Shown piece after piece: positions 30,269 through 53,685 of a stretch of DNA of 64,000 nucleotides. The notes under the pieces are model-generated. The model ran no database searches and was not told the DNA's origin. It was given only the letters and a program-made list of their open reading frames with translations. The position numbers and the translations under genes were made by a program. Positions within the stretch are counted from its first letter, which is position 1; the number at the start of each line of letters is the position of its first letter. This DNA is from Chrysomallon squamiferum (taxonomy: Eukaryota; Animalia; Mollusca): NCBI GenBank assembly GCA_012295275.1, contig CM022669.1, forward strand, positions 15,252,001 through 15,316,000, read 5' to 3'.

Positions 30269-30834
30269 CCAATTGTTAGTCTCGCAAAATACAGGATTAC
30301 ACATCTTGGAAGCTTAGTCTTTCTAGGTTATTTTCTTTGTCAAAGAAAACTGAAAGTTAATTTCACATATCAAAATCTTATCTTAAATTTACTTAATAAT
30401 AATATTTTATATATCGTTCAGTGTGGCTTAAGACTAATCAAAATTATATTTTTATTTTTGTGCATAAAAGATGCAAATGTATTTGAATTTGGAGATAATT
30501 CTTGGTAAAAAATGATTCAGCAATTTTAATATTTGCTGTTATTCAGATACCTGTAATGTAGCTGTTTAAATCACTGTAATATCGGTATCTTTAATGTTTT
30601 GAATTTATTCAGTATCCCTCCATAATAAAAGAACAATTAGTTTTTGGGGAAGAAATATAAAACTGAAAGTGCCTAACTAGTTTATTTATGTCCGTGTGCA
30701 TGTAGATTTAAAACTCCAGAACATAACTGAGAAGTAGAAACTTAAATTCCATACACTGTTTTAAAACCTTTAATTTTCTGTTATTAGTGGTATTAAGAAA
30801 TAAAGCTAAAGTAGGCCTGGCGGTGATAGTAACA

Positions 30835-30867
30835 GTGGTGGTAGTGGTAGCAGTAGTGGTAGTAGTG

Positions 30868-30899
<32 letters not shown>

Positions 30900-30943
30900 T
30901 AGTAGTAGTAGTAGTAGTAGTAGTAAGGTGGTAGTAGTAGTGC

Positions 30944-30984
<41 letters not shown>

Positions 30985-30995
30985 ATAATAATAAT
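30835..30995. repeat. (TAG)n microsatellite
   Basis: Read directly; a similar tract lies at 25575-25641. Confidence 0.95.
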
Positions 30996-31249
30996 GGTAT
31001 TTAAATGCACGCTAGCAAACCATTTCAAACTTGGGAACATTTTAATTAATTTTGCACAGCAACTAAATATCTACTTTAGATCTGTGAAAAGAAGAAAATC
31101 AATAAAAACTCCGGTCTTTAACGGAAGCGCGCAGCAGTGTGAAGGTCAGATTGCGAACCACAATTATGTCAAGCAACCAGTTTAATTTTGTGCATTCGAA
31201 AAACAGCTATGGAGGTTTCACGCTCAGAGTGCTAATTCTAACAATACAA

Positions 31250-31341
31250 ATAAGACCAACAGCGGCCATTTTGAGTACAGCTATCTAATCACGGTTTCTG
31301 GTCTCGATCAATTGATACGTAAAGAAGACATTTTTGTAAGT
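31250..31341 (+). promoter_or_regulatory. Putative promoter / non-coding first exon of the 6-TM gene
   Basis: YY1-type motif GCGGCCATTTTG (31262-31273), CpG-rich context, consensus donor T|GTAAGT at 31336 and matching acceptor TTGTTCAG| at 31888, 18 nt before the ATG. No in-frame upstream ATG. Confidence 0.5.
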
Positions 31342-31703
31342 AAACTGTTTACAGTACAGATCCGTGCCTTTATTGTTTTCTGTTTTTTTTTTACAACGAA
31401 GGCTTACAATGTCAGTCTGCTCGTAATATAATCGTGTTCAGTGCAGACTGGACACCAGGCACATAACGTGGATTATGGGTTGGTTAATGTAGGCGTACTG
31501 GTAAAATCTGTAATTTGTATAAATACAAGTATAATGTGCGCATAATTATCACTGTTTATTATACCTGTTAAAGGTGCCAATTAGTTTTGTCATCGATCTT
31601 CCACTATTTATGAAAGATTTAGCATTTTTATCGTTTCGCTTCTCCTTTCATGATATATGTCAAAATTCTGATTTTAAATATCATTAATGGATATTGGCTG
31701 TAA

Positions 31704-31773
<70 letters not shown>

Positions 31774-31906
31774 TAGATAGATAGATATTAAAAACTGTAA
31801 AGTATTAAATGTTTTGACTAATACAGGATAATAAGGCATATTGAAAAAAGAATAACATAATTTATATAAATTTTTTAATTTTGTTCAGGTTCAAGCTCCA
31901 AACAAA

Positions 31907-32698
31907 ATGAGACGCTGGACGTTTCGTTTCAACCAGTCGGCCGCTGTGGTGATTTCCCTCGTGGAACCAATAACGACTGTTTTCATATACCCACTTGTCC
32001 TGGACGTTTATCTCGCAAGCTCACTGGCGAAAACCTGTGGCGTAGCATACACTGTCTTCGTTCACCTGTTTTTGTTTTGCGTGACATCAGCAAGTCTTTG
32101 CGTCATGAAATACGCCATGGAAAACATTTGTCAGCTGCATGCAACGTTCGAAGGAAAGAAACCGTCTTTGCTGTTCGCATTTATTTTTTGTTCTATATGG
32201 AACATCTTATTCACTGTTTACATGACGGCGATTCACCAAGACTGGGCTTTAATTGAGACTTACGTTCCCCAAAATGTCACCCCTCCTGTTGAAATCGGAA
32301 CCGTCTTTTTCCCAGGCATGAAAATATTCATCCCACAAATTTCTCTCCTTGTTTCCATACTGTTCGTAGCGACGGCCGTGTCTGTTTGTCGGCCTACGTG
32401 GAAAGCATCCGACAAAGCAACCGTGAGGACGATTTGGATGTATATTGCACTGTCGGCCATTTTTCAGACGATCTATTTGGTAACGCGGATGGCGTTTTGG
32501 TACTGTTCAAGCACCGCATACAGCCGCTTGTCCATCACTATTGATTTCACTGAATGGGTTTGTTACACGAAATCATTGGTTTTTGTCGTCATCGTCATTT
32601 CAGTGTATTATATCCAGTATTTCGTGAAAACCGAGTTGGCCAGACGCGGTGTTATCAGCATAATGGATTATCGCCCTCTCTTTAACGCCGATCACTGA
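31907..32698 (+). CDS. Intronless 263-aa multi-pass membrane protein, divergent class-A GPCR/chemoreceptor-like (about 6 TM)
   Basis: Complex-sequence ORF with higher GC than its flanks, A-rich context AAAATG, six hydrophobic segments whose order and landmarks resemble rhodopsin-family TM2-TM7, and AATAAA signals just downstream (~32785, ~32810). The family assignment is inference. Confidence 0.8.
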   Translation: MRRWTFRFNQSAAVVISLVEPITTVFIYPLVLDVYLASSLAKTCGVAYTVFVHLFLFCVTSASLCVMKYAMENICQLHATFEGKKPSLLFAFIFCSIWNILFTVYMTAIHQDWALIETYVPQNVTPPVEIGTVFFPGMKIFIPQISLLVSILFVATAVSVCRPTWKASDKATVRTIWMYIALSAIFQTIYLVTRMAFWYCSSTAYSRLSITIDFTEWVCYTKSLVFVVIVISVYYIQYFVKTELARRGVISIMDYRPLFNADH

Positions 32699-32744
32699 AT
32701 TTTAATACAGAATGCTTTGATTTGCACACAGCTTACGCATTTAA

Positions 32745-32781
<37 letters not shown>

Positions 32782-34313
32782 TAAAATAAACTAATATTGT
32801 TTACAAGTTAATAAAAAAAAAATAAATATATAAATCAAATCAAAATGAGTTGTAATGACAATAAAGCAATCGAAATAGTATCCTAGAGTAAATAAAACGA
32901 TAATCTCAACTGTACATACGTATTTGATACGATTTGTTTATTTATCATTATTATTTCTATAATAACAAAAACAATCAAACGGCTCTTCACCATTTTTTTT
33001 TTTTTTTTTTCATTTACCGTACTTTATTAATATAAGTGAATTTGTTTTTCTTTTATGTTTTATTAATCATAAAAGTTAACCGTGCAGCAAAAACAATCAA
33101 ACGGTATGAACGTGTCTTCAGATTTTTTTTTTTTGAATAAATACATTGCATTAACTTTGACAAGTTGTGTATATAAGAAGTCATTAATGATCAAGTGGCA
33201 TTATTATACAATGCATCAAAATGAACGAGGTTGTCTTGTAGATTCAATAAGTTTTAATATCTATACATTTTTACATAGAACTGGTCAAAATTATTAAATA
33301 TGAATACGTCAGACTGTCTGTCATTTTAAAACGTAATTAAAATAAGGCTGGACAATTTGCATAAAAACCATTCTTGCCAGTTGCATTTCTAATACAAGTT
33401 GCATTTAAATAAGAGTATTAGTTTAAAAGTGGCATTTCTCCTATGTCGTAACAACAATACTCTTTTGTGTGTTCTGTAATTCTTTACACAATATATTCCT
33501 ATATAAGTTTAGCTTAATACTGGGCAATTACGTGGCTTTTCATTGAAAAAATTAATGATAGCTGCAATAACAGTTGTAAGTTATTCTTGGTTGAGTGGCA
33601 GGCCCTTTATAAAGACTGCTTGAAGGCATAGACTGACTTCTGAACTTGCCCAAAACGTAATGTTCATTTTACTAGAATTCAACAATGACTATTGGACTGG
33701 TTTTTCCTCTTTAGAAAATGTGAAGTATCTGTAGGTTTTCTGTGGAAATCGTTCTTGAAAGGGTGGCATTTTTCCCATTACAGGTAGAAAGAATGAGGAT
33801 GCATGGTCATGTTTTAATATTTCATTACATTATCATAACCACAACACTCAATTTGCAGTACTTAAATCATACATGAATTTTGTTCTATTTAGTGAGAATA
33901 GCAAAAACTTTTAGCATAAATTTAAAGATTATTTTTCTTTAAAATACATGTCTGTGATATATTCCATCAAAACGATTTTATGAAACCACTATCATTATAA
34001 AAATTAAAATATATATATAAAAAAAAACCATCCTATAATCATGGTAACATGTTTCATCATGGTAATTATCATTTCGTGATCACTAATGATTAATACTTTC
34101 CACAGAACTGATTATTTTTCTACACATATTTTCTAATCATTCAGTTTAAAATCATCATAGATCATTTAAACAGACTTTAACACTGAAAAGGCAATGAAAC
34201 ACTGATTCTGGTGGATGTCCCAGTGATATGAGACATATTAAAATGGTGAGCACACAAACTGGATGATGGGGATTAAAATGAACTCTTTTAATCACTGAAT
34301 TCCTATCAGTTTA

Positions 34314-46670
<12,357 letters not shown>

Positions 46671-46839
46671 TTTCTCAAATTAGTTACAGAACTGTCAAGC
46701 TCAGCAGTATTATTTTGTAGCAGGCGGACCCTTATTTACTTCTACTCGGAATATATCGGCAATTTCCGAGGGCTAACTTTAATCAAAAGAGGAAGTAGAT
46801 TCCGTGTCGAGTTGTAAACTTCCTTCTTCAACGGTGAAA
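46671..46839. promoter_or_regulatory. Bidirectional promoter shared by XYLB and POLR3C
   Basis: Only 169 bp separate the divergent ATGs. The interval contains CpGs, has no obvious TATA box, and has ETS-type GGAAGT cores at 46791-46796 (+) and 46818-46823 (-). Confidence 0.8.
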
Positions 46840-47481
46840 ATGTCACGTTGTAAAATTAATGTTTGTTTTCGATTATTGAAAGAACTGTATGGTGAATTGC
46901 CAGCAAAAGTTGGTTACTATTTAATGACAACCGGACCAAGTTCTTTAAAAGTGATAGCACTTGATACTAAATTAGACTTAAATCAGGTACATTATCCAAA
47001 TGTCGAAAACGTTCTCGGAATCACGAAAATAAAAATAAAATTACATTTTATAAGACAAAAAATGAAAAATGAAGAAACACTGCAATAAATTTAAAATAAA
47101 ATCGCTTTTAGAAATAAATGAATCACTGCACACGCACGCACACACACACACACACACACAGAGGCACAGAGTAATAATCTAGTCTTCTAATGAGATGTTC
47201 ATCTATGTTCCTGTATAAAATGCAGTGATTCTTATTACCTTTTATTTATACTAAAAAAAAAAAAAAAAAAAAAGCTGAATGCAGTATGATATTTAAATAT
47301 AGGCGTGGTTTTATTCAGTTAAAAGTCATAACAACAACAACAACAATAATATCGGTAATACTATATAACTATGTAACTCTTATATTTATAAATAACAGAA
47401 ATACACTTTTAAGTATTTTTTTTAAAATATTTTATTATTTAGATAAAAATGTAATATAAGTATTTTATTGCTTACTAATTT

Positions 47482-47512
<31 letters not shown>

Positions 47513-48668
47513 ATTATAGACGAAGAAGGTATTATGGGTTCTTATCCAACAAAACATTGTTCAGTTTACTCATAGCAAGAGGTTTGGTTTGGAGTACAAT
47601 ATTGACATAGACAGTGTTCTCTGGCGGCTTCGCTTTCCCAGGTATATTTATTGTGCTAAAACACTGTATGGAGATGCTGCTGAACTTTTGGTTGAGGAAC
47701 TCCTGCATGAGGGTCAGGCGCTAATGAACAGTGCTGTACAGAAAGTTACAGACAAACTGAATGAAGCTTTAGAAACTGCAGGTAAATAATGTTGCAAAAG
47801 ATTATGGTAAGATTATATATATATATCTTTTTTTCTTTAACATAATTTGAGATACACACACACCCAGTGACACAAACATATATAAACGTACACATGTGTA
47901 TGTACATACATTCATAAAAACATATATGCATATGCACATAGTAGACATACACACAAAAACACACACACACACATACTTAACATATAAAACATTTGTGCAT
48001 TTATTATATTTTATTTGATCAATACATAGACTTGAAAGCAATATAATTAAAGGATTAGAATAACAGTAAACAAATTTTTACATGTAAACAATTTATTGAC
48101 ATAAACAGTGACGTAAGCTATAAAAAAATAACTATCCAACCAATTTGAGATCTCTGTAAGGTATCAGGATATAGCATTCTTGGATTTTCGACTGGAAGTG
48201 AGATGAATAAATTCTTTCTTGAACATTCAACATAGAGCTGATCATGAGAGTAACATTAACATAGATTTAAAATATTTTTTAAAGACATAAAATGATAAAT
48301 ATATTATTCATATTCTATTTCCAGTTAATTCTTGGTCAGACTCGAAGCATAAAATAAAAACAGTGCTTTTCTTATTGTTGTTTATTTCATTTTTCACTCC
48401 CATGAAATGATTATGTCTTTGGTCTGCTACATCATTATTCTTTTCATATGATGTAAAATTATGTTATTTTAACCAAAAATGTTATGTTACTAAATTAACA
48501 TAAATTATGCATTCTCTGCAATGACGTTGAGATAGCCATGGTGATGGACATTGCCAGCATCGTGGACACCACTGACATGGATGCTGTCAACCAAATGCAT
48601 CATCATTTAAGACTTTTTTGTCAGAAACAAATAAACACCAACATTTTAATTATTATATAATTGTATAG

Positions 48669-48714
<46 letters not shown>

Positions 48715-49709
48715 AAAATAATGTCACTAAATATAAATGTTTATTCAGGATTTCTTTTCACAATATCTGTTTGTATTTTTTTTTTTGTTTTCCTTGTATA
48801 ATTTTTAAATCTTTTTCTATCTTTTTCATGGTTTAGGACATCCAAAAATACAAGCAAGTTTAGTGCGTGACAAATTCAACAGCCTTGTTGGAACACATTT
48901 TCTTCAGAGATGCCAGCCTGTCGTCAAAGATGAAAAAGATAGAGTTATCTCCCTTGACACTCCAGACAATCCAGAAGACTTGTTCGTTCTTCCTCCAATG
49001 CAGGTTGATGGTAAGGGTTTCTGTTACAGGTAACTTTGCTTTTGAAAATATCAGGTGTACATTTTTTGTTGTTGTTTTCTTTGATTGATTATAATCTATG
49101 TTTAATTAAAAAAAAAATTAATTGTGCATTTTGGACATGGATGTAACATGCTGTAGTTCAAGACTGTAAGACTAAGCTTAATGAACACAATCTGAATATT
49201 TGAGAATAATCAGTTAAAGTATGTCGCAAAAAGTTTATTACCTATAAATGGTTTTAGCCAGGTTATAAATGATGAGTCAACAATCCTATAAATATGTTGT
49301 TGTAAAAAGATGTTACATCAAAGAGAACATTTGTTGGCGACTTGAAACAGCCATCAAAGAATATAATTTGAAATGCTATGTGTTTGTTTTGTTTTGTTGT
49401 GTAAAGTGTTTCATCAAAAAGAAAGTGATCTATCAATAACTTGACATAATCGTCAAAAAATAAAATTTAGGATCTTGTATGTTTGTTGTTGTAGAAGGTT
49501 TTACATCAAAAAGAAAAAGATCTATTGATGATGACTCAACTCAACCATCAAAGAAATTGAAAACAGAGGCATCTTCAGTAAGTTAAAACAAAACTTGAGT
49601 AATCCTGTTAATGTTTGTTAGAACAGGTGTGTAGGTTTTGATGTGGAGTAGGAAAATTCGATTGTTTGATGTGTGTATGTGTGTATATATATATATATAT
49701 AAATATATG

Positions 49710-49757
<48 letters not shown>

Positions 49758-52700
49758 GGTGACATCTAATGTTATAACCATTAAAAAAGTATAATCATCA
49801 TTATTATCATCATCATTGTCGTCATCAATATTATTGTTATTATTCTTTTGTTGTTATTAATATATATTCAGAAATTTTATGGATTTATAAAGCTTGTGGT
49901 TATTGTACAGTTACAATTATCTAGTCAGTATTCTTGCTGTACAGATTGAATGTATATCATTTTATTTAATTTTTTTCTAATTAATGTGCAAATATTAAAT
50001 CCATTACTGTTTTTAATCATTATATTTATTTTAAATCGGTCAGGATTCTAAAGTTTACTGGCGACTGAATTTTCATCGCTTTCACCAGCATTTTCGAGAT
50101 CAGGCCATTATTGATGCAGTGGCCCAAAAAATTGACAAGGTAAGTCATCCTTGTTGTGAAAATAAAATTATTGTATTTATTATTCTTAACTGTTATTATT
50201 ATTATTATTATTATTATTTAATTTTTTTTTTTAATAATTTTAAATTTAAAATAATCCATACTAACATTATCCTATAGTTTTCTCAGGATTGAAGTAATGA
50301 GATATCAAAGAAGGTTTTTTATTGTGTGTGTGTGTGTATGTGTATGTATGAGTGTGTGTGTGAGTGTGTGTGTGTGTGTTTGTTTGTGATGTTGTACACT
50401 TTTTTATGGCATTTCCATTTTAATGTGAATGGCCATAAGTTTGATGAATCATGCTTTAATTAGTTTCAAAATGATAAATTTAAGAAATAATAACAATTTT
50501 TATTATTTTTTTTTTTATATATATATTATTTGTGAACTACAATACAGTCAACCTCTGTTTAATTGACCAAAAGTGTGGAAATGTTTTAATTAGTTTCAGA
50601 AGATTGTTTGATTTGATACATTTGAGAAATAATATAGTTGTTTTTTTGGGTTTTTTTTTTACAAATATCTTAACCTACATGAATAACAATAAAATATTAT
50701 TTATGAACTGAAGTACAGTCAACCCTTCTGTTTAATGGACCAAAAATATGGAAACGTCGTCAGGAAAATAAAAACAGTCAGGATTTTGTGAAGAAATAAC
50801 TCAAACATTAATGTTAACAACGTAAAATAATATACAGAATTTTCTTTGAGTTTATAGTTTTTTCTTATCCTGAGGACAGCAGATTCAACTTGTTTTCACA
50901 TGATCATTTTGTTGGAATGAGAATATCATCTGACTCATTGGAAATTCGAGAATATTTCTATATTACGCAGATGTTTGTTTTTCCAGATTTTCCAAAATCT
51001 GGTAAATAACAGTTCATTAAATTGATAGCTGAGTGTAGATTGGTCATGACAGGTAGAGCTATAATCAACAGGAAGATTTTCAAGACCACCTTGTAGAAGA
51101 TTACTAACCGTCAGTTCAGAATAAAGTGTTAATTTGTAATTATTATGGATTTATTAATTATTATTCTGCAGCGTTTTCAGTAATGCCTCATGCCCAGATA
51201 CCTGTAACCAATTTAAATAAACGACATAACATAGTCAGAAGACATCCTGTTGTTTTTATCTCTTTTTTTCAGTTTCTTTTCTTATCTTGGTTTACTTTTT
51301 TTGTTTTTATTTTTACTGCTTATTATTATTATTATTTTTTTATTCATCATAATTTTGTTGGATATTACAAAAAAAAAAAAAAAAAAAAAAAATTCTTTTT
51401 AGTGAGTTTCATTATCATATAAAAACAATATATATATATTATTGCTTTTGTTTGTGGTCTTTTATTTGAGGTTTGTACCTTTATTTATTTATTTTTTATT
51501 CTTTATTTTATTTCTTACATATTATTTTATAATTTTTTTTTTTTTTTCATTTCGAGGATACACCTCTAAAAAAAAAAAAAATAATAAGAAGAAACGACCG
51601 TTTAAAATTTCTTATTTTCCATAACAGTAGATATTCTGATAAATATTCTTGTTTCAGAAAGCATCTGAAATTGTCCGTACCATGCTTCGTGTGAGTGAAG
51701 TGAAGACAGACCCACAGGCAGATGTAACCTTGCCTTTGTCGTTCACAGAGGTATTTGCATCAAAAACAGTGAACTGACACTGAACTTTTTTTCTTGAAAT
51801 TTTTATTTGGCATGTAGTTAAGTTACAACTTTCTGTTCTGTTTACGTACACTGATTCAGAGACTCAAAGAGCTAACAACATTCACATTTTACCATTATCA
51901 ACATCTTTTAAAATATGTACAGTAGTGAAATAGTCACTGCGATTATTTTTAGCAGAGAAAATTATAATAATATACATACATATATATATATACATGTTTT
52001 CACAAATATAATTCACGCTGTCACACACATCTATCTATACAACAGATTTATGAACCGCATAATTTTCATTTATAATGTACAATTCAAAACCATCACAGTA
52101 CAGGGAATGAATCACCTGATGATCCACATCCAGACTTTTCTTGTAAATGAAATGTTCTATCTTCTTTATGACACTGTTGGCGAGTGATTCAGAGGGCAGA
52201 ACCATCTCCACCAGGCTGCCACTTTGACTCTCATCCTTCCAGGAAACGGCCTTTTTCGGCTTCTTCATATTCCCGCTGGGCATTTCTTTAACCTCTTCGT
52301 CAGAGCTTGAATCGCTCATACTGAAATCGTTTAAACTGGACCCATTGCGTTTCTTCTGGCTCACAAGAACACCGTGAAGGAGATCACCTCTGGCGGTGTT
52401 AATTTCCATTGGTTCTTTCTCCAGACACGAAAGAACGTATTTTGAAACTATTCTCCAAGTTTCTCTGTTCGCGGTTGTGGCACTGTCGCACTGTTCAACC
52501 GTGTCGTGGCGGCTGGACGTTTTTGAAAGAGGTCGCTCACTGATGCGCACCCTGCAGCAGTTTTTCTTGTTCCCCAATACTTGCATGATTCGTCTGTTAA
52601 GAATAAAAGCTTTGAGCAGTTTTGTGATTACGTCCACTCCTGATGATCAAATGCTGATGACTGCCGATTATGCGTACTTCTGTTTGTAATGACGAAAGTA

Positions 52701-53616
52701 TTTATATAGGCAGGGTGATTACGTCCACTCCTGAAGATCAAATGCTGTTGTCTGCCGATTGTGTGTATTTCTGTTCCTAATGACGAAAGTATTTACGTAG
52801 GCAGGGTGATTACGTCCACTCCTGAAGATCAAATGCTGTTGACTGCCGATTGTGTGTATTTCTGTTCCTAATGACGAAAGTATTTACGTAGGCAGGGTTA
52901 TTGACTTATGCAATACCTCGCTTAACAGTCTCCCGCTTTAATAAAAAAAAAATGATTACAAATTATATTTATTACAAATGGGTATAATGAATGTGTTTAA
53001 TTAATGTTCTTTGTTAATCTTTTTTTCTTAACTAATGTGTTTAATTAATGTTCTTCATTAATCTTTTTTTCTAGATTAATGTGTTTAATTAATGTTCGTC
53101 ATTAATCTTTTGTTAACTAATGTGTTTAATTAATGTTCTTCATTAATCTTTTGTTCTTAACTAATGTGTTTAATTAATGTTCTTCATTAATCTTTTGTTC
53201 TTAACTAATGTGTTTAATTAATGTTCTTCATTAAACTTTTGTTCTTAACTAATGTGTTTAATTAATTTATTTATTTATTTTAATTTTTTGATTTTTTTAA
53301 AACAGATTTTGCAGTCTTTATCTAAAGACCATGGAATAACAAAACTCATGTTAGATCAGTACTTATCGATCATATCAGATGATTCGGTATGTATACTGCT
53401 CTTCATTCTTAATAAACATTTAAATAATTTATTTCCTTTATTGATTCTTAATCTTATTTCAGTTTTCATTATTCTTCTTATTTTTTTATTTACTTTGATC
53501 GAAATATTTTTTAAACAGTAAACAAATAAATATTTATAAAAATTTAAATGAAGTCTGTGTATAGTTTACAAATATTTAAATTTATTGAATAACCAATCTG
53601 ATATAGAAATACATAT

Positions 53617-53685
<69 letters not shown>

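Noticed and set aside
52624-52896. Tandem intronic C/D snoRNAs or CRISPR repeats
   Set aside because: TGATGA is present only in unit 1, there is no properly placed terminal CTGA or stem, and there are no spacers.
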